From positions 617,058 through 681,057 of the forward strand of contig CAWIJC010000002.1 of NCBI GenBank assembly GCA_963836365.1: a stretch of DNA of 64,000 nt. The letters are read 5' to 3'. The DNA is from an uncultured Actinomycetes bacterium (lineage in GTDB: Bacteria; Actinomycetota; Acidimicrobiia; IMCC26256; PALSA-610). How positions within the stretch are numbered: the first letter of the stretch is position 1; each line of letters starts with the position of its first letter. Positions 50,986 to 61,452 of this stretch are shown one piece after another. Under the pieces are notes generated by a model. It saw only the letters and a list, made by a program, of their open reading frames with translations. It made no database searches and was not told the DNA's origin. The translations under genes were made by a program, and so were the position numbers.

Positions 50986-52871
50986 TCAGGCGACGTCCAC
51001 GTCGACGTCGACGATCGGTGCGACGAATTGCGAGTTGTAGAGCCGCGAGTAGGGGCCGTCGTGCGTCAGAAGCTCGTTGTGCGATCCCTGCTCGACGATC
51101 TGGCCGTTCTCCATCACGAGGATTATGTCGGCGCCGCGAATCGTCGACAACCGGTGCGCGATCACGAAGCTCGTGCGCTCGTGACGGAGCGCGTTCATCG
51201 CCTCCTGGATGAGCACCTCGGTGCGCGTGTCGACCGAGCTCGTCGCTTCGTCGAGGATGAGGATCCCCGGATCGGCGAGGAACGCTCGTGCAATTGTCAA
51301 AAGCTGCTTCTGGCCCGCGCTGATGTTGTCGCCTTCCTCGTTGATCATCGTGTCGTAGCCGTCGGGAAGCGAGTGCACGAAGCGGTCGACGTACGTGGCG
51401 CGCGCGGCTTCGAGGATCCGGTCCTCGGTCGCGTCAGGGTCGCCGTAGGCGATGTTGTCGCGGATCGTGCCGCCGAACAGCCACGTGTCCTGCAGCACCA
51501 TGCCGACCGACGATCGCAGCTCCGAGCGCGGCATCGAAGAGATGTCGCGGCCGTCGAGCGTGATCATGCCGCCGTTCAGCTCGTAGAAACGCATGATGAG
51601 GTTCACGAGCGTCGTCTTGCCGGCACCGGTCGGGCCGACGATCGCGATCGTCTGGCCCGGTTCGGCAACGAGCGACAGGTGCTCGATCAGCGGCCGGTCG
51701 GGGTCGTACGCGAACGTGACGTCGCGGAACTCCACCCGGCCGATCACTGGTGCGGGATTCATGGTCGCTGCGGCCTCGGCACTCTGCTCGTCGGCGTCGA
51801 GGAACTCGACGACTCGCTCGAACGATGCGATCCCCGACTGGAAGACATTCATCATCGAGGCGAGCTGCGTGAGCGGCATCGAGAAGTTCCGGGAGTACTG
51901 GATGAACGCCTGGATGTCGCCGACCGTGATCGCGCCGTTCGCGACGCGTAACCCACCGACGACGGCGACGATCACATACTGGATGTTGCCCATGAACATC
52001 GTGAAGGGCTGCATCACGCTCGACATGAACTGGGCGCCGAATGACGACTCGTAGAGCTCGTCGTTGGTCTCGCGGAAGCGCCGCTCGACCTCGCGCTGGC
52101 GGCCGAACGCCTTCACGACGGCGTGACCGGTGAAGGTCTCTTCGATCTGCGCGTTCAGGATGCCCGTGCTCTTCCATTGCGAGATGAATCGCGGCCGCTG
52201 CCCTTCGCGCGAGGACGCGCATGCCGTAGACCGACACCGGCACAGTCGTCAGCGCAACGAGCGCGAGCAGCGGCGAGATCGTGAACATCATGATCGCGAC
52301 TCCCAGCAGCAGCAGCACCGACGTGAGCATCTGGCTGAGCGTCTGTTGCAGGCTCTGCGCGACGTTGTCGATGTCGTTGGTGACGCGGCTGAGCAGATCG
52401 CCGCGTTGCTGCTTGTCGATGTAGCTGAGCGGAAGGACGTTGACCTTGTCCTCGACGTCGGATCGCAGCTTGTACATCAACCGCTGGATGACCCCGGCGA
52501 GCGTGTACGCGGCGACGATCTGCAGCAGCGACGAGCCGACGTAGAGCGCGATCGCCTCGAGCAGCACGTGGTGGAGGGCGCCGAAGTCGATCCCGCGATG
52601 GCTGATCACGCCGCGGACGATGATGTCGGTGCCATGCCCGAGCACACGCGGGCCGTATACGTTGAGCACGACGCTCGCGATCGCGACGACGAACACGAAC
52701 ACGAGCACGATCCACATCGGGCCGAGCATGCGCGAGGCGTGCGAGGGCGCTCTTGAAGTCCTTCGACCGCTCGCCCGGAACGCCCGCGGAGTTCCATCGA
52801 CCGGTCGGGCGTGTCTCGGGGGCGGCGAGATCGAGTTCCTGGTCCTCGTACTCGTCGTCGATGATCGTCAC
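50986..52871 (-). CDS. ABC exporter half-transporter (TMD-NBD); frameshift(s) in TMD
   Basis: [32 protein letters not shown] and [12 protein letters not shown]; TMD in ORF 51434-52729. Confidence 0.65.
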
Positions 52872-54601
52872 GCCGCGCTCTTCTCGCCGATCTGCGACTG
52901 GACGATCTCGGCATATGTCGGGCAGTCACACAACAGCTCGTCGTGCGTACCGTGCCCGATGATGGCGCCGTCTTCGAGGACGATGATGTTGTCGGCGGTT
53001 GAAATCGTCGAGACACGCTGCGCAACGATGACGACCGCTGCATCCTTCGTGTACGGGCCGAGCGTGGCGCGCAGCCGCGCGTCGGTTGCCAGGTCGAGCG
53101 CCGAGAACGAGTCGTCGAACACGTAGATGTCGGGCTTGCGGATCAGCGCCCGCGCGATAGACAGACGCTGGCGCTGGCCGCCCGAGACGTTCGTGCCGCC
53201 CTGCTCCACGCGGGCGTGCAGCCCGCCGGGCATCGCGCGCACGAAGTCGCTCGCCTGCGCGACGTCGAGTGCGGCCCACATCTCCTCCTCGGTCGCCTCC
53301 ACCTTGCCGAACTGCAAGTTGCTCGCGACCGTGCCCGAGAAGAGATACGGCCGCTGCGGCACCATTCCGATCGTGCTCCACAGCACGTCGGGATCGAGCT
53401 CGCGCACGTTCACGTCGCCGACGAACACCGAGCCTTCGGTGCTGTCGAACAGGCGCGCGACCAGGTTCACGAGCGTGGTCTTGCCCGCGCCGGTGCTGCC
53501 GACGATCGCCGTCGTCTGTCCGGGCCGCGTGACGAACGAGATGTCGGTGAGCACGGCGTGCTCGGCGCCGGGATAGCGGAAGCCCACGTCGCGGAGCTCG
53601 AGAGCGCCGTGCGTCCTCACGTCGCGCACCGGATCTTCGGGCGGCGCGACCGTCGGGTCGGTGTCGAGGACTTCCTGGATGCGGTCAGCCGAGACCGACG
53701 CGCGGGGGATCATCGAGATCATGAACGTTGCCATGACCACCGACATGAGGATCTGCACGAGGTACGTGAGGTATGCGACCAACGTGCCGACCTGGATCTC
53801 GCCCGAGTTCACGCGGCTCGCACCGAGCCAGATGACGGCGACGCTCGACGCGTTGATCATCAGGTTCACGGTCGGGAACATCGACGACATCAGTCGCCCG
53901 GCGCGCAGCGACACCTCGGTCAGCTCGCGGTTCGCGGCACCGAAGCGGCGCGCTTCCTGCGGTTCGCGTACGAACGCGCGCACGACTCGTACGCCGGTGA
54001 TCTGCTCGCGCAGCACCCGGTTCACCTGGTCGATGCGCTCTTGCATCAACCGGAAGGCGGGCACCATCTGCGAGACGATCAGCCCGAGCACGACCCCCGC
54101 GAACGGCATCGCGAACACGAGCACCACGGACAGCCCGACGTCCTGCCGCAGCGCCATGATCACGCCGACGACCATCGTGATCGGTGCCGCAATCGCCATC
54201 GTGCAGCCCATCACGACGAGCATCTGCACTTGCTGCACGTCGTTGGTGATGCGCGTGATCAGCGACGGCGCGCCGAAGGCACCGACTTCCCGGGCGGAGA
54301 AGTCGGTGACCTGGTGGAAGAGATTCTTTCGTAGGTCGCGCCCGAAGCTCATCGCGACCTTGCCGCCGTAATAGACCGCCGCGACCGCGAACACAATCTG
54401 GACGAGCGCGAAGAGGAGCATGATCGCGCCCCACGTATAGATGTAGCCGATGTTGCCGGGCAGCACGCCGTTGTCGATGATGCGGGCGTTGATCGTCGGC
54501 AGCGTCAGCGCGGCCGACGTCTGCACGGTCTGCAATGCGACGATCAGCAGCAGTGTGTTGCGGTACGGACCGAGATGCGAGCGCAGCAACCGCCTCAGCA
54601 C
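52868..54601 (-). CDS. ABC exporter half-transporter (TMD-NBD), intact
   Basis: TMD followed by [29 protein letters not shown] and IYVFDDSFSALD. Confidence 0.75.
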   Translation of the reverse strand: MLRRLLRSHLGPYRNTLLLIVALQTVQTSAALTLPTINARIIDNGVLPGNIGYIYTWGAIMLLFALVQIVFAVAAVYYGGKVAMSFGRDLRKNLFHQVTDFSAREVGAFGAPSLITRITNDVQQVQMLVVMGCTMAIAAPITMVVGVIMALRQDVGLSVVLVFAMPFAGVVLGLIVSQMVPAFRLMQERIDQVNRVLREQITGVRVVRAFVREPQEARRFGAANRELTEVSLRAGRLMSSMFPTVNLMINASSVAVIWLGASRVNSGEIQVGTLVAYLTYLVQILMSVVMATFMISMIPRASVSADRIQEVLDTDPTVAPPEDPVRDVRTHGALELRDVGFRYPGAEHAVLTDISFVTRPGQTTAIVGSTGAGKTTLVNLVARLFDSTEGSVFVGDVNVRELDPDVLWSTIGMVPQRPYLFSGTVASNLQFGKVEATEEEMWAALDVAQASDFVRAMPGGLHARVEQGGTNVSGGQRQRLSIARALIRKPDIYVFDDSFSALDLATDARLRATLGPYTKDAAVVIVAQRVSTISTADNIIVLEDGAIIGHGTHDELLCDCPTYAEIVQSQIGEKSAA

Positions 54602-55215
54602 GACGCGTCCTTCCCCGGCGCGCCCTGCGTCTCCTGTTCGCCCTGTGCGCGGCCGACGCCGTGCAGGAACAGCTGCACGGTGTCGTCCGGCGACCGCGGC
54701 TCGTCGGCGAGCATCGGATGCGTCGTCGACATCGTCAGCGCGCGCAGCAAGCGTGCGGCGGCAATCGGCTCGACCGAGATGTGCCGCGTGTTGGCTTCGA
54801 AGATGCGTACGAGCGCGCCGCTGTCGGGCATCGGCCGGCGCGTCATCTCGTGAAAGCGTGTGCTCACGCTCGACACGAGCCGCCAGACGTCGATCACACG
54901 CTGTTGCATGATCACGACCGCGGCCGCGAGCGCGTCCTCGAAGGGTGCCGTCGGGATCTCCGACAGCGCAGCCTCGAGCGGCGCCTGGTCGAGCGCGGAC
55001 TCGATGACCGCGGCGATGACCTCGTCCTTCTCGGCGAAGACCCGGAAGATCGTGCCCTCCGCGATCCCTGCCGCTTCCGCGATCTGGCGGCTGGTCACAC
55101 GATCGCCGTGCACGAGCAGCAGCGGCAACGTCGCGGCGACGATCGCGCCGCGCCGCTCGTCGGGCGGCATCGCCGCCGCCCGCCCCGTCTTCACGGCCGC
55201 GGCCCGCTCCGTCAC
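54595..55215 (-). CDS. TetR family transcriptional regulator (leader gene of the ABC exporter cluster)
   Basis: HTH VTSRQIAEAAGIAEGTIFRVFAEKDEVIAAV. Confidence 0.75.
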   Translation of the reverse strand: MTERAAAVKTGRAAAMPPDERRGAIVAATLPLLLVHGDRVTSRQIAEAAGIAEGTIFRVFAEKDEVIAAVIESALDQAPLEAALSEIPTAPFEDALAAAVVIMQQRVIDVWRLVSSVSTRFHEMTRRPMPDSGALVRIFEANTRHISVEPIAAARLLRALTMSTTHPMLADEPRSPDDTVQLFLHGVGRAQGEQETQGAPGKDASC

Positions 55216-55230
55216 AGCCGTCGACCCTAC

Positions 55231-55250
55231 CTGAGTGAGCCCTCACTCAG
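55231..55250. promoter_or_regulatory. perfect inverted repeat CTGAGTGAG-cc-CTCACTCAG 16 bp upstream of the TetR start; candidate operator
   Basis: Seen in the sequence. Confidence 0.55.
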
Positions 55251-55655
55251 CGAGCACCGTCGGGAACTTCGAGGTGATCCCGCGCGAGAAAGCCGCCTAC
55301 GACTGTGTTCTCGGCCACCGCCTACCACTGGATCGCATCCGGCTCCGCCGACGATGCTGTGACCTGCGGTGATGCAGACGATCGGCTGCTGACCTGCACC
55401 GTCGGATCACGGTGGGCCACGCACATGACCACTCGATCCCACACTCTCGCGGCCTGGCCGCGGCCTACGCCCATCGGCCGCGACGACTTCGAAGCAGCAG
55501 CTCAACTCCGTCGACGCGAGTGCCATCCAACACCACACATGAGGGACGCTCGGCGTCACCGCCGATGTCGACTTCGTGCGCGCCGGGGGCCGAGGCCTGA
55601 CGGTTGAGGTCGGCGACGCCGGCGGGCACTGCCACCGAACGCCGTCCCTGAGTGG

Positions 55656-56216
55656 TCAGGTCGAGACGCGGTAGCGGAGGTGAACGACGCCGTTGCCGAA
55701 TCGGTGCTCGTCCAAGAGCTCGAGGTCGGTGCGGACGCCCACCGGGAGCGCCGACTTGCCACCGCCGAGGATCATGGGCCAAACGAAGAGCTGGCACTCG
55801 TCGACCAGGCCGGCTTCGAAGGCCCGAGCAGCGAGGTTCGCCCCGCCGATGGTGAGGTTGGTGGTGGTTTCGGCCTTCAGCTCGTGCACGGCCGCGGAGT
55901 CGAAGCGGTGTTCGAGGCGTGTAGTCGCTGTAGAGACTGCGGTCAGGGTGGTGGAGTAGACGACCTTGTCCGCCGCACGCCAGGCACTCGCGAAGTCGGC
56001 GGTGAGGTCTGACTGCTCGGCGAGGGCCGGGTTCGTCTCCCAGACGGCCATCGTCTCGTAGAGCCGCCGCCCGTAGAGGAACGTGCCGACGGATCTCAGC
56101 AGGGAGGTTGTGGCTGCGAACACGTCGTCGTCCGGCGGAGCCCAGTCGAAGGCGCCGTGTGCGTCCTCGATGTAGCCGTCGAGGGACACGTTGGTGGCGT
56201 AGATGAGCGTGGCCAT
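55656..56216 (-). CDS. dihydrofolate reductase family protein (RibD C-terminal domain type)
   Basis: MATLIYATNVSLDGYIEDAHGAFDWAPPDDDVFAA...LFVWPMILGGG. Confidence 0.7.
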   Translation of the reverse strand: MATLIYATNVSLDGYIEDAHGAFDWAPPDDDVFAATTSLLRSVGTFLYGRRLYETMAVWETNPALAEQSDLTADFASAWRAADKVVYSTTLTAVSTATTRLEHRFDSAAVHELKAETTTNLTIGGANLAARAFEAGLVDECQLFVWPMILGGGKSALPVGVRTDLELLDEHRFGNGVVHLRYRVST

Positions 56217-56220
56217 GCCG

Positions 56221-56877
56221 CTACACCTCAGCGTCGGTTGCGGCGGCCTGGATGTGCAGCAACGTGGCGTCCAGCTTCTCGAGGGCCTCGAGCCGCCCCT
56301 GGTTGCTGGGCGCGGCCAGGTGCGCGGGCAGCCACTGTCGGATCTCGATTCGGGTCCGTCCGTGGGGCTCGTCGTGGAACTCGACTCGGAATCTCGTTTC
56401 GAACGGCTCAATGTCGTCCTGCAGTTGGCCGGTGACGTGCATGACGCCTTCGAGCAGGTCGCGATCGGCGACGTCAGTGAGATCAATGCGAATGTGGACG
56501 CGGAGTTCGGGCTGGGCAGCGGAGACCTCCGTCCACCGCTGGAAGCCGCCAGGTCGCACGTCGAACTCGATCTCGTCTCGTGGGAGCGTGGTGCCGCTCC
56601 TCGGGCCCGGGTTGGCGCGCTTCGCGACTCGCCAGGGCGTCGTGGTCAGATCTACATAGGTGCTCGCGAGTCCGAGGCCGTGCCCGCCGAAAGTTGACTC
56701 GCCGCGATAGAGCAGCGAGTAGCCGGCATCACGACTACCCCCGAGTGCCTTCGCGACCCGTTCGGCGGCCTGCGCGACGATGAATCGGTCTTCGTCGACT
56801 CCGCGCGCCTCGATCATCTGCCTGAGGTCGGCGAGCTCGGAGTTCGCATCGATCAGCTTCCGTTGATTCGCCTGCAT
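56221..56877 (-). CDS. SRPBCC / AHSA1-like (activator of Hsp90 ATPase homolog) domain protein
   Basis: WRVAKRANPGP...EFDVRPGGFQRWTEV...TRIEIRQ. Confidence 0.5.
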   Translation of the reverse strand: MQANQRKLIDANSELADLRQMIEARGVDEDRFIVAQAAERVAKALGGSRDAGYSLLYRGESTFGGHGLGLASTYVDLTTTPWRVAKRANPGPRSGTTLPRDEIEFDVRPGGFQRWTEVSAAQPELRVHIRIDLTDVADRDLLEGVMHVTGQLQDDIEPFETRFRVEFHDEPHGRTRIEIRQWLPAHLAAPSNQGRLEALEKLDATLLHIQAAATDAEV

Positions 56878-57170
56878 GTCACGTTCGGCTCGTGCGGGGC
56901 CAACAGGTGCTCGAGCGTGCGGTGCCCCGCCACGTGCGGGTACAGACCCGTGAACATCGAGATACGGCTCTGAGCGCACACGCTGTGCTGTGAGTACACG
57001 TTCGTGAACCGAACGCCCCGCGCAGCGAGTGCGTCGAGCGCCGGCGTATGCACGACACCGTTACCGAACACGCCGACGCAGTCCGCGCGGAGCTGATCCG
57101 GCATGAACAACAACAGGTTCTGCGTCACTGGTTCAGCATGGCGCACCAGTGACGCCACTGGCATGTCGTC
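56853..57170 (-). pseudogene. sulfatase family N-terminal fragment (truncated, about 100 aa)
   Basis: NLLLFMPDQLRADCVGVFGNGVVHTPALDALAARGVRFTNVYSQHSVCAQSRISMFTGLYPHVAGH. The catalytic C-x-P-x-R is altered to CAQSR, and the remainder is missing. Confidence 0.5.
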
Positions 57171-57420
57171 GACCACGGCGTCGGCCACATCTACATCAAC
57201 CCCTTTACTCCGCGCCTCAACAGCAAGGTCAAGCGATCGCACCGCATCGACAGCGAAGAGTTCTACCGACGGCTCGACCGTGTCGTGATCGACGACACCG
57301 AGCTCTTCAACGAGAAGCTCCAGCTCTCCCTCAGCGGCGCACCTGCTCGAGAAGGCCCATGTCGTCCCGGCACGCCCAGTGCTCGACGATCATGGCCGAC
57401 ACCAGAACCGTGCTCCTGGT
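57160..57420 (+). pseudogene. DDE transposase C-terminal fragment (integrase-core, IS481/IS3-like) relic
   Basis: VGHIYINPFTPRLNSKVKRSHRIDSEEFYRRLDRVVIDDTELFNEKLQ is a typical rve C-terminus. There is no upstream catalytic region and the downstream sequence is degraded. Confidence 0.5.
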
Positions 57421-57794
57421 ACAGCGCCGAACGAACGTTGAAGCGACGAACAGTCCGCTCAACCATTGGTCATTCGCCAGAAGCAGGCTCATGACCAGCG
57501 CAGATGCGCGACGCCCACTGGCGTAGCCGCGGCCAGGCCGCGACGTACCACGATCGAGCGTGAAGTCTGGCGACGTGCAAGCAGCGCGAGCAGCGCTCTG
57601 ACCAGCACAAACGCATGCCCGCCCTCGCCGACGAAGGACTTCTCGGCCTCTCGTGGGCCTGCGCGCTTCGTTCGAAGGCCGCGCCGGCTGCGATCGCGGC
57701 ACCGAGTCCGATGATGGCGGCTCGTTTCACCAGGGGAGCTTGCACCCTGTCGGCGTCGAGTGGGTGAGCGACATCAGTCTTCCTGAGAATCCTC

Positions 57795-57844
57795 TTGACA
57801 CGCTTGGCTAAGTAACTTAGCTTTTTAGCTATCACTACTAGCTA
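57795..57844 (+). promoter_or_regulatory. AT-rich promoter-like region: TTGACA (57795-57800) - 17 bp - TAGCTT, overlapped by perfect palindrome CTAAGT-A-ACTTAG (57808-57820) and inverted repeat TAGCT-(9 nt)-AGCTA
   Basis: Seen in the sequence. It lies upstream of a membrane-protein/TetR operon with RBS GGGGA. Confidence 0.5.
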
Positions 57845-57872
57845 GTTCGGCCAGGGCCGAAAGGGGACTCCG

Positions 57873-58523
57873 ATGACCGCCACCATGACACTTCAAGGAA
57901 CCGCCACCACCGAGCGCAACGCCCGCGACTGGCCGAAGATCGCCGGGCTCACCTACGTCGGCGCTTGGGTCGTCGGCCTCACTGCCTTCGGCGTCGGCCC
58001 GGCCTCGAACGCGTCCGACACCGAGATCGCCCGTTACTTCGCCGACCACCGAGCGGTGAGCACGGTCCAGTCGCTCCTCATCCACGGCGTCGCCGCCGTC
58101 GCGCTCCTCGGGGTGCTGGCGGCGGTGCAGCGCGTTGGTCGCTCGACGCGGATGGCGTATCGCGCCGGCCTGACCGCTATCGGCTTGTCGCTCGTGCAGT
58201 GCGTCCTCGATGTGTACCGCAGCGTCGTTTCGACCGGGTCCACGACCGCGACGCTGGTCCACACGATCGACCGCATCGACGGGTTCAAGATGTTCGCCTT
58301 GGCAGTGATGATCGCCGCGAGCGTGAGCGTCTTCCGTTCGACCGGGTTGATCGGCAGGAAGATCACGATCACGGGCAAGGTTGCCGTCCCCGCCCTCGTT
58401 GTGTCCGGCATCGCGTACGCCACCGCTACCACCGCGCTGTTGGTGTCGGCTGAGCTGTCGCTCGTGCTGCTCTTGGTCTGGGTCGGCTACACGGGCGTTG
58501 CCGCCGGACGCCAGAGTCACTGA
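57873..58523 (+). CDS. integral membrane protein (about 5 TM helices), function unknown
   Basis: Hydrophobic segments through a 216-aa ORF. Co-directional with the downstream TetR and abutting it. Confidence 0.55.
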   Translation: MTATMTLQGTATTERNARDWPKIAGLTYVGAWVVGLTAFGVGPASNASDTEIARYFADHRAVSTVQSLLIHGVAAVALLGVLAAVQRVGRSTRMAYRAGLTAIGLSLVQCVLDVYRSVVSTGSTTATLVHTIDRIDGFKMFALAVMIAASVSVFRSTGLIGRKITITGKVAVPALVVSGIAYATATTALLVSAELSLVLLLVWVGYTGVAAGRQSH

Positions 58524-59095
58524 TGCCGCGCGCCGGACTCACGAGCGAGCGGGTTGTCACGGAGGCCGCGATCGTCGCCGACGAGGTCGGTCTCGAGCAG
58601 CTCACCCTTGCGGCCGTCGCGCAACGATTCGGTGTCGCGCTCCCCTCGCTGTACAAGCACATCGAAGGACTTGACGGTCTGCAGCGAGATTTGGCCGTCC
58701 TCGGCATGCGACACCTGGCCGCCGCCCTCAGCAGGGCGGCGGTCGGGCGTTCCGGAAGAGATGCGCTCGAGGCGGTCGCGCACGCCTACCGCGCGTTCGC
58801 GAAGGAACGACCCGGCCTCTACACCGCGACCATGCGAGCACCGAGCCCCGACGACGAGGAGCACACCGCCGTGAGTCAAGACGCTCTCGACGTCGCGATC
58901 GCGGTCATGCGCGGCTATCGCATCGAAGGCGTCGACGCCGTGCACGCCATTCGCATGTACCGCTCCGCGCTGCACGGCTTCGTTGCCCAAGAAGCCAGCG
59001 GCGCGTTCGGCATGCCCGAGAGCGTCGAAGAGTCGTTCCGGGTGATGAACGCTGCCCTCGACATCGCCTTCACGAACTGGTCGACGCTGCGCTGA
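58523..59095 (+). CDS. TetR/AcrR family transcriptional regulator
   Basis: LTLAAVAQRFGVALPSLYKHIEGLDGL. Confidence 0.7.
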   Translation: MPRAGLTSERVVTEAAIVADEVGLEQLTLAAVAQRFGVALPSLYKHIEGLDGLQRDLAVLGMRHLAAALSRAAVGRSGRDALEAVAHAYRAFAKERPGLYTATMRAPSPDDEEHTAVSQDALDVAIAVMRGYRIEGVDAVHAIRMYRSALHGFVAQEASGAFGMPESVEESFRVMNAALDIAFTNWSTLR

Positions 59096-59230
59096 ACGCG
59101 AGCCCGCATGACCGAACAATTCAGCGAGCGCGACACTCCCCTATCACGCCCCCGAACAACGCACCTCGTCGCGTTGTCGATCGCCGGACAGAACGTGGCG
59201 CGGTTGGAGTTTGAGCGCGTCGTGCGATCG

Positions 59231-59851
59231 TCAACTCGTCGAGGTGTGTTGTCCGCCGGTTCCGTAGGCCGACAGGACGACGTCGACGGTGCGTTCCGCG
59301 TCACCGGGTTCGAGGTGTTCGCCGCGAACGAGAACGCGGTAGAAGAGCGGCCCGGTGAGCAGGTCGGAGACGAACGCGAAATCGATATCGGCTTGAAGCT
59401 CTCCCCGGTCGATACCGCGCTGCAGCGCGTCCCATACTGATTGCCGGCGGGGTGCGATGTAGTCGGTGAGGTACGTCTCGGCGAGCTCGGGGTCGGCCGT
59501 GAGGTCGGCGACGAGTCCGGGCGTGATGCGACGGAAGCCGTTGGAGTTCATAAGTGTCACCTGGTGGTCCTGCACGGCGATGAGGTCACCGCGCAGCGAA
59601 CCGGTGTCGGGGGCAGGGGCAAGCCCGGTGCTGCGGGCCAGGGCCGCGACGACCAACGCAGGTTTCGAGGGCCAGCGTCGGTAGATGGTGGGGCGGCCGA
59701 CGTTGGCGCGGGCCGCGACGCCGTCGATCGTCAAGCCCGGGTAGCCGTCCTCGACGAGGATCGCCATCACCGCGTCAAGGATCCGATCGTCGTAGGTCTC
59801 GTTGCGGGGCCGGCCCGGGCCGCGTTTCTCGGTGGTTGAGTTGACGGCCAT
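59231..59851 (-). CDS. TetR family transcriptional regulator
   Basis: GRPRNETYDDRILDAVMAILVEDGYPGLTIDGVAARANVGRPTIYRRWPSK. Confidence 0.8.
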   Translation of the reverse strand: MAVNSTTEKRGPGRPRNETYDDRILDAVMAILVEDGYPGLTIDGVAARANVGRPTIYRRWPSKPALVVAALARSTGLAPAPDTGSLRGDLIAVQDHQVTLMNSNGFRRITPGLVADLTADPELAETYLTDYIAPRRQSVWDALQRGIDRGELQADIDFAFVSDLLTGPLFYRVLVRGEHLEPGDAERTVDVVLSAYGTGGQHTSTS

Positions 59852-59941
59852 GAGAAATACGTTACACGCCCTTGCGTAATAGGTCGAGGAGGTTTAGGGT
59901 GGCCGAGTAACGATACACACTGTACGGAAAGGACCGGTCCG

Positions 59942-60779
59942 ATGACCGCAACTCTCACCACACCCGTGATCTCCACCAGGCCGATGCCGAAGCTCTGGGC
60001 CAAGCTCCCGATCCGGACCGGCAACATCATCCAACTCAGCAGCATCGCCGCCGGGGCCGCACTGCTGGTTGCGGCGGCGCACCTGCACGCCGCCAGTGGC
60101 ATACGGATCGGCCTGCTCGCCGTCGGATGGCTCGCCATCTACTTGTGCAGCCACGCCATCGCCCACGTCGCAGTCGGCCACGCCGTCGGTATCCGCTTCC
60201 GCGCCTACGGCGTACGCGGTACCGACCATCCCGAGAACTACCCGCCCGGAGTACGCCAGGTCATGAGCGCGCTGCCGATGTGGTCCGCGCTCACCGACAA
60301 GGACTCGATGCGCCAAGCCAAGCCCTGGGCCAAAGCCGCCATGTTTTCCGCCGGCGAAACATCCACCACCATCGTGTCGATCACGTCCGCGGCGTACGCC
60401 GCCCACGCGGGTATCCCGGGCGGTCACGCACTGCTGACCGGCAGCGTCTTGTGGGGACTCGCAGCCACCATCACCGTCGCGGTCGTCGCCAAAGGCGACT
60501 ACACCAAAGCCATGCGCGCCCTCGGATGGCGCAAGCCCACCTCGGTCAAGACCGCCGAGTTCTCCCACGAGCGGACCACCAGACCGAACCGGCGAGGCCC
60601 ACCGCGGCAACGAACTCCGCAACGCCATCATCGGCTGGACCCTCGTCAACCTCGCACTCGTGGCCCTGTGGGCCGTCAACGGTGCCGGCTCGCCGTGGTT
60701 CGCGTTCGTCACCGTCCCCTCCGTCATCGGCGTGAGCAGCTGGGCCCGCCAGGGTCGCCGAGAGGCAACAGTCCGATGA
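59942..60779 (+). CDS. integral membrane protein; frameshift near 60580; stop overlaps next start (ATGA)
   Basis: TM-rich ORF 59942 onward. Its C-terminus lies in a second frame: ...WTLVNLALVALWAVNGAGSPWFAFVTVPSVIGVSSWARQGRREATVR. Confidence 0.45.
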
Positions 60780-61063
60780 CGAACCCCAACTACTCCACGT
60801 TCCTCGGCACCGCGACACAACTCCAACGCTGGCGAGACTTCAAAGCCCACGCAACCGCCTACTCAGTCTTCAATCTGATCTTCATCGCCATCTGGGTCGC
60901 GACCGGAGGGCCGTTCTGGCCCGCGTTCCCACTCATCGGATGGGGCATCGGCCTCACCTTCCAACATCACGCCAACACGCTCACCGGTCCCATCACCCAA
61001 GAGCAGGTGCGCGAACGAATGCAACCACACGAGGCCGGACTGGTTGAGCCATCGCGTGCATGA
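60777..61063 (+). CDS. 2TM domain-containing small membrane protein
   Basis: MTNPNYSTFLGTATQLQRWRDFKAHATAYSVFNLIFIAIWVATGGPFWPAFPLIGWGIGLTFQHHAN. Confidence 0.55.
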
Positions 61064-61275
61064 CTCCTCGAGATAGGTCAACCAATCCTTCGACCAGCGA
61101 TACTGTCCGCGACCGATCCGACACCATGCGCCCACCCAACCCGTGGGAACAGAAGGAAGGTTCTCTCCCCCACCTGTCTCGGCAGGTCAGCGCACCAAAC
61201 CGAAGCGGCAGAACACGCCACCTCTCTGCGGTACGTTCTCTCCACCGTCTACAACCCAGGCGGGCAGGCCCTCGT

Positions 61276-61348
61276 GGCCCTCGTAGCTCAGGGGATAGAG
61301 CATCGGTTTCCTAAACCGTGTGTCGCAGGTTCGAATCCTGCCGGGGGC
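61276..61348 (+). tRNA. tRNA-Arg (anticodon CCT), 73 nt, no encoded CCA
   Basis: Acceptor GCCCTCG/CGGGGGC, D-arm GCTC-AGGGGATA-GAGC, anticodon arm TCGGT-TTCCTAA-ACCGT (one U-U at 27-43), T-arm GCAGG-TTCGAAT-CCTGC. Confidence 0.7.
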
Positions 61349-61452
61349 GCTCTTCTGACCAGCACGTATGGACTGCAACGGACGGGGTGGACGCGGTGGA
61401 CGGCGGGTTGCCCATCCACTTGCCCATCCTTCGCGCGACGCAGACTGTTCGC

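Noticed and set aside
59852-59941. Imperfect inverted repeat TACGTTACACG...GCGTAATA between divergent TetR and membrane-protein genes
   Set aside because: The arms match at only 6 of 8 positions. It is too weak to call an operator without further evidence.
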